A stretch of 64,000 nt of DNA from positions 17,375 through 81,374 of the forward strand of contig DYLF01000004.1 in the NCBI GenBank assembly GCA_020722205.1. Reading direction: 5' to 3'. A program made the position numbers and the translations under genes. Each line of letters opens with the position of its first letter. The first letter of the stretch is position 1. Shown piece by piece: positions 44,857 through 53,404 of this stretch. The stretch is from Desulfobacca acetoxidans (GTDB lineage Bacteria > Desulfobacterota > Desulfobaccia > Desulfobaccales > 0-14-0-80-60-11). The notes beneath the pieces are model-generated. The model was not told the DNA's origin and did not search any database. It was given only the letters and a program-made list of their open reading frames with translations.

Positions 44857-45546
44857 ATGAAGTTAAGTGTGGTCATGCCGGTATTTAATGAAAAAGACAC
44901 TCTGGAGGAGATCATGCGCCGGGTGCAGGCCACCCCCTATGATAAAGAGATAATTGCGGTTGATGATGCCTCGGTGGACGGCTCCCGGGAGGTTCTGTTA
45001 CGCCTGGCACAGCAGTATGATAATTTGAGGGTCTTTTTTCACGAGCGTAACCAGGGGAAAGGAGCCGCTTTGCGCACCGGCTTCGCGCAGGTCAGGGGTG
45101 AGGTGGTGCTTATTCAGGATGCCGACCTGGAATATGACCCTAGTGATTACCCGGCCCTTTTAGACCCTATAGAACGAGATCTGGCGGATGTAGTGTATGG
45201 CAGCCGTCTGCTGGGGGCGCAACCGCATCGGGTGCTGTTCTTTTGGCACTTCATGGGCAACAAGGCGGTCACCACTTTGTCCAATATGTTAACTAACCTA
45301 AACCTGTCGGACATGGAGGTGGGGTATAAGGTCTTCAAGGCCGAGGTCCTGAAAGATATTACCATTAAATCCAACCGTTTTGGGGTGGAGCCGGAACTCA
45401 CCGCCAAAATCGCCAAGAACCGTTGGCGGGTGTACGAGGTGCCCATCAAGTATCATGGGCGCGATTACACCGAAGGGAAAAAGATCACTTGGCGGGACGG
45501 CATTGCGGCCATCTATCACATTGTGCGCTTCCGCTTTTGGGATTAG
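44857..45546 (+). CDS. family-2 glycosyltransferase (polyprenyl-phosphate sugar synthase type, DPM1/ArnC-like)
   Basis: 'LSVVMPVFNE', 'IIAVDDASVDGS', 'RNQGKGAALRTG' and 'VLIQDADLEYDP' (DxD). Confidence 0.85.
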   Translation: MKLSVVMPVFNEKDTLEEIMRRVQATPYDKEIIAVDDASVDGSREVLLRLAQQYDNLRVFFHERNQGKGAALRTGFAQVRGEVVLIQDADLEYDPSDYPALLDPIERDLADVVYGSRLLGAQPHRVLFFWHFMGNKAVTTLSNMLTNLNLSDMEVGYKVFKAEVLKDITIKSNRFGVEPELTAKIAKNRWRVYEVPIKYHGRDYTEGKKITWRDGIAAIYHIVRFRFWD

Positions 45547-45672
45547 GGAGTTTTCTGTCTTCGGTGGCGGAAAGCAGGTTGATTAAGGACAACTTTTTAC
45601 TGCCCAGTCTTATTGATCGCCGGTCAATGGTTTCCAGTCTCTGTTGCCATCCTCCCGGCCTAGATTAAAGCC

Positions 45673-46176
45673 ATGATCTCAAGAGTAGGCTGGCGGTCGC
45701 GGTTTCTCACCTTTATCCTCATCCTTTGGGTCTTGCAAGGCCTGGGGTTGGCTTGGCGCTTCGGCCCGGATCTCCCTGAGCTTTGGGCCCGGATTGCCTC
45801 TGGGCGGGTGGGAGAGGTGGGGCGCGCTGCGGCTCCTTTCCAACGTTTGCTGCGGGAACTGGAAAAGACCATGCCTGGCGGGGCAGCCTATGTATTTTTG
45901 GATCATTATGAAGCCGGGCGGTACATCGAAGCCCGCTACTATTTATATCCCCGCCGTCAGCTTTTACTGCGGCCGGAGACCCCCCCTTCTTTCCTGTACT
46001 ATGCAGTGCGGCAACACCAGGCCGGCTATCTAGTGGCGCCTGAAGGCGAGTTCCCATCGGGAGCTGGTCTGGAGGCCCTGGCTCGCACGGCAGCCTGCCG
46101 ACAGCTACATCTTGACGGGCCGGGTCGGATTTACCGGGTCAACCCGGACCGACTGACGGGTTTTTTTTATGATTGA
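45673..46176 (+). CDS. membrane-anchored hypothetical protein (single N-terminal TM + soluble domain)
   Basis: 167 aa. Overlaps the next gene by 8 nt (ATGATTGA), implying coupling. Confidence 0.55.
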   Translation: MISRVGWRSRFLTFILILWVLQGLGLAWRFGPDLPELWARIASGRVGEVGRAAAPFQRLLRELEKTMPGGAAYVFLDHYEAGRYIEARYYLYPRRQLLLRPETPPSFLYYAVRQHQAGYLVAPEGEFPSGAGLEALARTAACRQLHLDGPGRIYRVNPDRLTGFFYD

Positions 46177-47608
46177 GGGTTTTTTGTCCGCAATCCGGTT
46201 GGTTTTGGGCCTAATATGCCTGGTGGGGGTGGGCTATGGACCGGCGGCGCTTATGACGGCAGAGCCGCGGGAAATTGCCTTGACGGAAAGGCTAGCCGTG
46301 AGCTTTGGGATCGGGGCGGTGGCGGTGACTCTGTGGATGCTGGGGCTGAGCAGCGTCGGAGTCCGGTTTTCACTGCTGCTGATTTTGGCGCCGCTTTTGG
46401 TGCTGAGCGGCGCGGCCCTGGGGACGGTTCGGGGGCGGCGAGCGGTGGCGGCTGACATCGCCTCCTTAGGCATAAGGCCGAAGCTGTCCTTCAGGGGCTG
46501 GGAGTGGCTGTGGCTGGGTCTGCTGGCCGGGCTTTTTCTCTATGCGACGCTGCGGGCAGTGCTGTTTCCCATGTGGGCTTGGGACGCCATTGCCACCTGG
46601 GGTTTCAAGGGCAAAGTTTTTTATCTCCGCGGGTCTATAGATTTCAGTGGATTTGAAGCCCACAATTACTATCCCAATCTGGTGCCACTTTTGCTTTCTT
46701 ACCTTTACCTTTGGCTGGGGCAGGTGAACGATCATCTGGTGAAGGGATTGTTCCCCCTTTGGGGGGCGATGTTGCTTGTGCTGTTGTACCGGTTTCTTTA
46801 CCGTTTGAAGTTAAACCGCGGCTCGGCGCTGGGGCTTACCGCCTTTTTCGCCCTTAACGGCGCCACCTTTATTGACCACATGATTATTGCCTACGCCGAT
46901 CTGGCTTTGGCCTATTTTGCTTTGGGCGCTGCGGGTTTTTTTTATCTCTGGCTGTGGGGCGCTGCCCCTCATGGCAGTTTAGGGGTAGTAACCTGGTTCG
47001 GCGCCGGGCTGTGCTGGTGTAAATATGAAGGCTCGCCGCTGACTGTCACGATTGTGCTGGCCGGGCTTCTTACCCTTCTTTGGCTGCGGCCGCTAGATTT
47101 CCGGCGACGTCTCTTGGCGCTGCTTTATCCCCTGGCCGGCCTAATGCTGGGGGTGGTGCCTTGGCGCCTTTTTGCCACTGCCCATTACCTCGAGATGGGT
47201 AGCGATCATATTTTGCACTTTTTTCCCCAGCAATGGTGGCAAGCGCTGCCGCAGGTGCTGCTTGGTCTGGTCAACCCAGTCCATTTCGGGGTGTTATGGG
47301 TTGCCGCCGCGGCGGCTCTAATAATAGCCGGGAGGAGTTTATTCACCACGCCTCGTATTTTCCTGCTCCTGTTGATAGGCGGGAACCTACTGGCCCTAGT
47401 GTTCGCTTATGCCGTGGCGCCCTGTTCCGCGGCGGAGTTCCCCTTCTATATCCGGGGCACTCTGGATCGTCTGCTCCTGCACATTACACCGGTAGTCGGG
47501 CTGCTCATTGGAGAAGGGTTAAAGGAGGCAGGCTATAGGCAAGAAACGATGGGTAATGGGTGTCAAGGACGGGAGATTGGCGGTGCCGAGAAGAAAGCTT
47601 CTAATTGA
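46169..47608 (+). CDS. polytopic membrane protein, possible GT-C-fold glycosyltransferase
   Basis: 479 aa with more than 10 TM helices, sitting between the GT2 gene and the ArnT/PMT-like gene. No soluble C-terminal domain. Confidence 0.5.
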   Translation: MIEGFLSAIRLVLGLICLVGVGYGPAALMTAEPREIALTERLAVSFGIGAVAVTLWMLGLSSVGVRFSLLLILAPLLVLSGAALGTVRGRRAVAADIASLGIRPKLSFRGWEWLWLGLLAGLFLYATLRAVLFPMWAWDAIATWGFKGKVFYLRGSIDFSGFEAHNYYPNLVPLLLSYLYLWLGQVNDHLVKGLFPLWGAMLLVLLYRFLYRLKLNRGSALGLTAFFALNGATFIDHMIIAYADLALAYFALGAAGFFYLWLWGAAPHGSLGVVTWFGAGLCWCKYEGSPLTVTIVLAGLLTLLWLRPLDFRRRLLALLYPLAGLMLGVVPWRLFATAHYLEMGSDHILHFFPQQWWQALPQVLLGLVNPVHFGVLWVAAAAALIIAGRSLFTTPRIFLLLLIGGNLLALVFAYAVAPCSAAEFPFYIRGTLDRLLLHITPVVGLLIGEGLKEAGYRQETMGNGCQGREIGGAEKKASN

Positions 47609-47614
47609 TAGCTT

Positions 47615-49246
47615 TTACCCATCGTCGTGGATACGCGTTCCCTCGGTTCTTTGGAACAACATCAATATGGCGCCCTGGTGGGACAAAGTATTGGTTTGCT
47701 GCCAGCTTGGCCCCAGGAGTCGGGCGGCGAAGTTTTGGATAAAATCCCGATCTGGATAGTGGGCGGCCAGGAGCCACAGGCGGCTGGTGGAGGGAGCATC
47801 GCGGGGTGGCAAAGTGAGGTCTTTTTCCACGCAGGATTTGCCCCAAATCACCCGCTCGGTGCGGCCGCGATAATAATATTGAAAGGGATAAACGGCATAA
47901 TAATAAATGTAAATATGGTCTTCCGATGTGAGGTGGTTTTCCAGGTAAGAGATGAGGGGTTTAATCTCTTCTCGTTGATAAGTAGTACGGAGGTTCTGCC
48001 GCACCAGTTCCGGAGGATTGAGCAGAAGGATAATAACTCCCCCCAGGAAAAAAGCCAGCCAAGACAAGTGCCGACGTACTAACCAGGTTAAAATGCCGGT
48101 TAGTCCCACCGTGGTCACCAAATAGAACAACGGCCCGGTGAAGAGCATTAGGCGGTTGCCGTTATGTGGGGCCATGAAGGGGTAGCGGTGCAGGGCGGCG
48201 GCGGCAAAGGCTAACAGCAGCATTCCGCCGAAATAGACCAGGGTCCGCCCCTGGCCCTGCCTTACCAGGATGACGGCGCCGGCGAAAATTAAGGGCCCTC
48301 CCCAATAAATCCCCCAGTCGTAAAGGAAATAATTGACATAACGGCAGAGAGAGGTCAAAAGCCAGCGGGCAAAAGGCCCCAAGCCAGAAAAATCCGGGAA
48401 GCCAGGGAGCCAATAGGCCACCAGTTCCGGGTTGGCCTGCTGCCGGAAAAACAGGACATAGTACACGCCGAAGGCCACAACCCAACTCAGGCCCACCAAT
48501 CCCAGGGACCAGCGGCGGGTTGGCGGCAGGCTGAACCACAGCACCCCTGCCGCCGCAGGCAGGACAAAAACGGCTGGATGGGAGAAACCCAGGGCCGCAA
48601 TGCCTGCCAAGGTCAGCAGGAGCCAGCCCGACACTCCCTGGCGCTCCCGGAGAAGCTCGGTCAGGAGCAAAATGAGGACAGCAAAAAAGGCGTCACCGCT
48701 GTATTGTTTGAGTTCCTTGGAATAGTACACCATGATGGGTGAGCAGGCCAAGGCGGCCAAGCTAAGGAGGGCTGCGCGGGGGGCGGCCAGCCTTTGGGCC
48801 AGGGGCCAAAAGAGTAAAACCGTCCCCAGGCCAAAGAGAAAAGAGAGGGCCCGGAGGTGTGCTTCGCCGGCCCCCACCAGCTTGGCAATGGTCCAGAGCG
48901 CCAACAGATACAAGGGGGGAGTGGACTGGCCGGCGGCCCAAGCCTCCGAGGGGGTGGGTTTCAAGGCCGCGAGGGCTACCCAGGCCTCATCAGTCCACAG
49001 GTTACGGTCTCCCAGGTCAGAGAGTCGGAACAGGACGGCCAATCCAATAATCACCAGGAGTGCCAGGGCGTCGCTGATCGGCAAACGGCAATCCGGGGGC
49101 GGCTTGGTGGTTAACCGGGATAAAGCGGGCATAACGGAGGTCAGAAAAAAGATTTCATTTTGGTGAATTATACTATTATTATCCTGTATTATTCTGAAAA
49201 TTTCCTGCCAGAAAGCCCGGCCGGAAATTTTTTGGTTGATACCCAT
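47615..49246 (-). CDS. ArnT/PMT-like (GT39/GT83) GT-C glycosyltransferase
   Basis: 543 aa. The first periplasmic loop 'LGDRNLWTDEAWVALAAL' carries the DE motif. Multiple TM helices are followed by a C-terminal soluble domain. Confidence 0.7.
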   Translation of the reverse strand: MGINQKISGRAFWQEIFRIIQDNNSIIHQNEIFFLTSVMPALSRLTTKPPPDCRLPISDALALLVIIGLAVLFRLSDLGDRNLWTDEAWVALAALKPTPSEAWAAGQSTPPLYLLALWTIAKLVGAGEAHLRALSFLFGLGTVLLFWPLAQRLAAPRAALLSLAALACSPIMVYYSKELKQYSGDAFFAVLILLLTELLRERQGVSGWLLLTLAGIAALGFSHPAVFVLPAAAGVLWFSLPPTRRWSLGLVGLSWVVAFGVYYVLFFRQQANPELVAYWLPGFPDFSGLGPFARWLLTSLCRYVNYFLYDWGIYWGGPLIFAGAVILVRQGQGRTLVYFGGMLLLAFAAAALHRYPFMAPHNGNRLMLFTGPLFYLVTTVGLTGILTWLVRRHLSWLAFFLGGVIILLLNPPELVRQNLRTTYQREEIKPLISYLENHLTSEDHIYIYYYAVYPFQYYYRGRTERVIWGKSCVEKDLTLPPRDAPSTSRLWLLAAHYPDRDFIQNFAARLLGPSWQQTNTLSHQGAILMLFQRTEGTRIHDDG

Positions 49247-49447
49247 GCTATATTGAGTAATACGATTTTTAAAAGGGGAGGAAGTAAAGGACGTTCGGAA
49301 TGAAGACCAGTCATCTGACTATCGGAGGCTGAAATGGTTTGCCGGAGAGAACCTCAGTGTGATATGAAGAACAGAGGAGCTAAGGGCCAAGCCTGTTGAC
49401 AGGCTGTTCCTGTTTGTCACCAAGTATTGACCGCTGGTTGCTAAACT

Positions 49448-50200
49448 ATGGGAACTTCCACAGGACGCCGGGCCCCTACCAGCAGATTCTGGCGGACGGC
49501 CAAGCGCACGGCCACCCGCTATCTCTCCGCTGCCGACGCCGCTTCGGTGACCGCTCGGGAGGTGGTGGCTGATTATCTCCTGGCTTTAAAGGATCGGGAA
49601 ACGCCCCAACCTCAGGAGCTGCTGGCCGCCTTTCGCCTGACCAGAAAGGTCGCGCAGAATCTGGGGGCATGGGGAGAAGGAGCTGCTTCCCAGGGCTGGC
49701 TGGCCAAGTGTCAGGAAATCGGGGTGGGTGAGCTGGTGGGACAACCCCCGGAGATCCTGGCCCAAGCATTGGCTGCTATTCTCTTGGAAGACAGCGAAGG
49801 CCTGGAAGAAGCGGTGATCCAGACTGCTCTGGTGGAGGTTTTGCAGGCAGTCTTGCCGACACAACTTGAGAATCAACAGCCCCTGGCAGCTGATCTGAAG
49901 GCGGACTATTTGTCCCTGGACGCCGCCACTCTGGTATCTAAGTTTCTGGCCACCGTGCTCTTCCAACGCCTGGTTTTCGACTTGGGGGAGTCCCTGGAAG
50001 CCGCGGCCCCCGGATGGAGTCGTTATAATCAGGGTTTGGCAGAGATCAGGGCGGAGATTCAGATGGCAGCCGAAGCGGCGGCTCGTGAATTTCCAGCCCC
50101 TAGCCGCTGGCAAGGCCTCTCGGGCTGGACCTGGGTCACCCAAGTCATGGAGGCCCTGCTGCAACAGTTTTACTCCCGGCCCCGCTCCGGCAAAGAATAA
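49448..50200 (+). CDS. hypothetical helical protein
   Basis: 250-aa ORF with no obvious Shine-Dalgarno sequence. It looks more protein-like than the antisense ORF 49586..50260. Confidence 0.4.
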   Translation: MGTSTGRRAPTSRFWRTAKRTATRYLSAADAASVTAREVVADYLLALKDRETPQPQELLAAFRLTRKVAQNLGAWGEGAASQGWLAKCQEIGVGELVGQPPEILAQALAAILLEDSEGLEEAVIQTALVEVLQAVLPTQLENQQPLAADLKADYLSLDAATLVSKFLATVLFQRLVFDLGESLEAAAPGWSRYNQGLAEIRAEIQMAAEAAAREFPAPSRWQGLSGWTWVTQVMEALLQQFYSRPRSGKE

Positions 50201-50292
50201 AACAGGCTTCCGGCCTGCGGTTACGAAGTGTCCGGCCGAAACCTGGACAACTTTTCGCATCCTGGCAACTTAGGCGTAGGATTGATAAATCC

Positions 50293-51075
50293 TTACTTGG
50301 GGGCGGGTCTGGAACTTCCCTGCACACCGCAGTAAATCACGGCTACCAGGGATAGTCCTTGGGGTGGGGCGGTGGGACCGGCCTGTCGGCGGTCACCGCT
50401 GGCCAGCAGTTTTTGTAGGTGTGAGGGGGGGCGTTTCCCCCTTCCTACTTCTACCATGGTACCCACCAGAGACCGCACCATACCGCGCAAAAAGCCGTCG
50501 GCGGTAATGGTAAAAATCAGGAGACCGTTTTCCCCCGGCTGCCAGTGGGCGGCCAGCACCTGACGTCTAGGCGAGCCCGGTCGGCCGCCGCTGGCCCTAA
50601 AGGCCGAAAAGTCGTGCTCTCCCAAAAGGGTGGCGGCCGCTTGCTGCATGGCCAGCAGGTTAAGGGGTTGAGGAAGCCACCAGGTGTGAAGACGCTGTAG
50701 AGGGGAGCGCTGAGGCCGGTTCAGGATGCGGTATTCGTAAGTTTTGGTGAGGGCGGCGTAGCGGGCATGGAAGTCAGACTCCGCTTCTTCTGCCGCCAAC
50801 ACCGCAATATCCGGGGGTAACAGGGAATTCAGCCCGTGGAGAAAGGCTTTTAGAGGCAGGGCGCTGTTGGTCTTGAAGTTGGCCACCTGGCCCCGGGCAT
50901 GCACCCTGGCGTCGGTGCGGCCGGAACCGATAACCCGAACAGGTTCCCCCGTAAGTTTGGCCAGCGCAGTCTCCACCACTTCCTGAATTGTGAGGGCGTT
51001 TTTCTGGCGCTGCCAGCCATGATATCGACTGCCATCGTATTCTAGTAGCAGACGGAGATTGCGGGAGGGGGGCAT
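50293..51075 (-). CDS. truA: tRNA pseudouridine(38-40) synthase TruA
   Basis: 'YDGSRYHGWQRQ' and 'GSGRTDARVHARGQVANF' (catalytic Asp). Confidence 0.95.
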   Translation of the reverse strand: MPPSRNLRLLLEYDGSRYHGWQRQKNALTIQEVVETALAKLTGEPVRVIGSGRTDARVHARGQVANFKTNSALPLKAFLHGLNSLLPPDIAVLAAEEAESDFHARYAALTKTYEYRILNRPQRSPLQRLHTWWLPQPLNLLAMQQAAATLLGEHDFSAFRASGGRPGSPRRQVLAAHWQPGENGLLIFTITADGFLRGMVRSLVGTMVEVGRGKRPPSHLQKLLASGDRRQAGPTAPPQGLSLVAVIYCGVQGSSRPAPK

Positions 51076-51223
51076 GGCGTCAACCGTAAGCCGTAAAACG
51101 TAAAATAGTGTTCAGTGTGCAGTGGTCAGAGAAAAGCAGGTTCTTTTTGGTGGAAGCATAACGCAGTACTGGCAGGACCACTTTACCACAAGGTCAAACC
51201 CGAAACCCAGAATTTGACACCTG

Positions 51224-52267
51224 CTAAGGCGTAATGGGGGGCAGGTCAATCCCCAAGGTTTCCGGCAGGCCCATCATCAGGTTGAAGTTGTGGACCGCTT
51301 GGCTGGCGGCGCCACGGGCCAGGTTATCGATGGCAGAAATGACGATGATGCGGCCCCGCTCCTGGTCCACTTTGAAACCCAGGTCGCAGAAATTTGAGCC
51401 CCGTACGTGTTGGGTGGTGGGGAGAGTGCCAGGTGGATACAGGCGGACAAATGGCTGACGCTGGTAAAACTCCTGGTAAAGATGAAAAACCTCCTCATCG
51501 CGCAAGGTTTTAGTGAGAGAACCGTACAGGGTTCCCAGAATTCCCCGGCTCATGGGCACCAGATGAGGGACGAAGGTGATTTTTACCGGAGAGCCGGCCA
51601 AGCTGCTCAGTTCCTGTTCCATCTCGGGGGTGTGTCGGTGTGATGCCACTTGGTAGGCCTTGAAGCTGTCATGGACCTCGCAATACGAGGTGGTGAGTGA
51701 AGCGCCCCGACCGGCGCCACTGACCCCTGATTTGCAATCGGCGATGAGGGAGGTGAGATCAACCAAACGTGCTTTGACCAAAGGAGCCAGCCCGAGGATG
51801 ACACAGGTGGGATAGCAGCCGGGGTTGCCCACCAGCCGGGCTTGGGGTAGTTTCTCCCGATGCAGTTCCGGCAGGCCATAGACCGCCTCTGTCAGCAATT
51901 CCGGGGCGCTATGGGGCTGATACCATTTTTCGTAAACGGCGCGGTGGCGGAAGCGGAAGTCAGCACTCAGGTCCACCACCCGACAGCCTGCCGCCAGCAG
52001 AGGGGGAACCAATGCCATGGCGGTTTGATGGGGGACCGCAGTGAAGGCCACTTGGACCTGCCAAGCCAGATTGGGATCAGGGGGGACAAAGGGTAGGCGG
52101 ATGAACCGGGCCAAGCTTGGGAAGACTTCGGCCACCGGGCGTCCATTATATTCCCGTGAGGTGAGGGCCGTCAGTTCCACTTGTGGATGCCGGGCCAGAA
52201 AACGCAGAAGTTCCAGACCGGTGTAGCCGGAAGCGCCGAAGACTGCGACCTTGATTTTGGTGGTCAT
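51224..52267 (-). CDS. argC: N-acetyl-gamma-glutamyl-phosphate reductase ArgC
   Basis: 'VAVFGASGYTGLELLRFL' and 'GNPGCYPT' (active-site Cys). 347 aa. Confidence 0.95.
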   Translation of the reverse strand: MTTKIKVAVFGASGYTGLELLRFLARHPQVELTALTSREYNGRPVAEVFPSLARFIRLPFVPPDPNLAWQVQVAFTAVPHQTAMALVPPLLAAGCRVVDLSADFRFRHRAVYEKWYQPHSAPELLTEAVYGLPELHREKLPQARLVGNPGCYPTCVILGLAPLVKARLVDLTSLIADCKSGVSGAGRGASLTTSYCEVHDSFKAYQVASHRHTPEMEQELSSLAGSPVKITFVPHLVPMSRGILGTLYGSLTKTLRDEEVFHLYQEFYQRQPFVRLYPPGTLPTTQHVRGSNFCDLGFKVDQERGRIIVISAIDNLARGAASQAVHNFNLMMGLPETLGIDLPPITP

Positions 52268-52338
52268 CTACAGGGCTGGGGTGGGTACGGAGGGGGAAGG
52301 GATTGACGGCTTATTCCCTTTCTCCCCTGTGCCGCAGG

Positions 52339-52734
52339 TTAACGCTTCGAGTACTGGCAGCCGCGGCGGGCGCCTCGGCGCCCATACTTTTTGCGCTCTT
52401 TAATGCGGGGGTCTCGGGTCAGAAAGCCGGCTTTCTTCAGCATGGGCCGAAATTCGCCGTTTAAGGTCACCAAGGCCCGTGACAGACCGTGTTTGATGGC
52501 GCCGGCTTGTCCTTCAACGCCGCCGCCGGTGACGTTGACCAGGATATCCAACTCCGCCCCTAAATTGAGAAGACTCAAGGGCTGGCGGGCCAGGTTGCGG
52601 GTGGTTTCTTGGGGAAAATATTCTTCAAACGGCCGCTGGTTAACCAGGATACGCCCGGTGCCGGGTCGCAGGTAGACCCGGGCGATGGCGGTTTTCCGCT
52701 TGCCCACGGCATGGATATTAAATTTCTCGGCCAT
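52339..52734 (-). CDS. rpsI: 30S ribosomal protein S9
   Basis: 'GKRKTAIARVYLRPGTG' and a C-terminal 'KKYGRRGARRGCQYSKR'. The ATG at 52734 overlaps the rplM stop (TAATG), so the longer ORF-track start at 52746 is unlikely. Confidence 0.9.
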   Translation of the reverse strand: MAEKFNIHAVGKRKTAIARVYLRPGTGRILVNQRPFEEYFPQETTRNLARQPLSLLNLGAELDILVNVTGGGVEGQAGAIKHGLSRALVTLNGEFRPMLKKAGFLTRDPRIKERKKYGRRGARRGCQYSKR

Positions 52735-53168
52735 TAATCCTCCCAAATAAGGGGCTTTGGTTGCTGGGCTTCGTGAGGATGCCCATTGCCCGCATAGATT
52801 TTCAGCTTTTTCAGTTGCTGCCGACCCAGGCTGTTTTTAGGCAACATGCCCCGGACAGCATGGCGGAGGACCTCTTCTGGTTTCTTCTGCAGCAGCCGTC
52901 GGGCCTTTACTACCTTGAGGCCGCCCGGGTAACCGGAGTGGCGGTAGTAATTCTTCTGGTCCAATTTTCGTCCGGTAAGGATTACTTGGTCGGCATTTAC
53001 CACCACCACGAAGTCGCCGGTGTCCAAGTGCGGGGTAAATACCGGTTTGGTCTTGCCCCGGAGCACCATGGCGATGCGACTGGCCAAGCGGCCCAACACC
53101 TGGCCTTTGGCGTCCACCAGGTGCCACTGACGGGGTACTTCCCCTTTTTTTGACATATAAGTAGTCAT
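52734..53168 (-). CDS. rplM: 50S ribosomal protein L13
   Basis: '[28 protein letters not shown]' and '[12 protein letters not shown]'. Confidence 0.95.
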   Translation of the reverse strand: MTTYMSKKGEVPRQWHLVDAKGQVLGRLASRIAMVLRGKTKPVFTPHLDTGDFVVVVNADQVILTGRKLDQKNYYRHSGYPGGLKVVKARRLLQKKPEEVLRHAVRGMLPKNSLGRQQLKKLKIYAGNGHPHEAQQPKPLIWED

Positions 53169-53404
53169 ACCGCCTCGTCTTTCTTATAATCTATTAAATT
53201 TATCGACCATGGGGTTGTTTTGTCAAGAGGTTGGGTTGGTTTTTTTCCTCAGATCGGATAAGGTAAACATTCAGTCCTTTAGCTTTTTGTGTTCTTGGCG
53301 TCTTAGCAAGGTATCTGTATTTTTCCCACCAAGACGTCTGGAGTGCCAAGATATTTTTTGGGTTCTTGGCGTTTGGGTGAGAAACATTTCCTGGAGAGTT
53401 GTGG

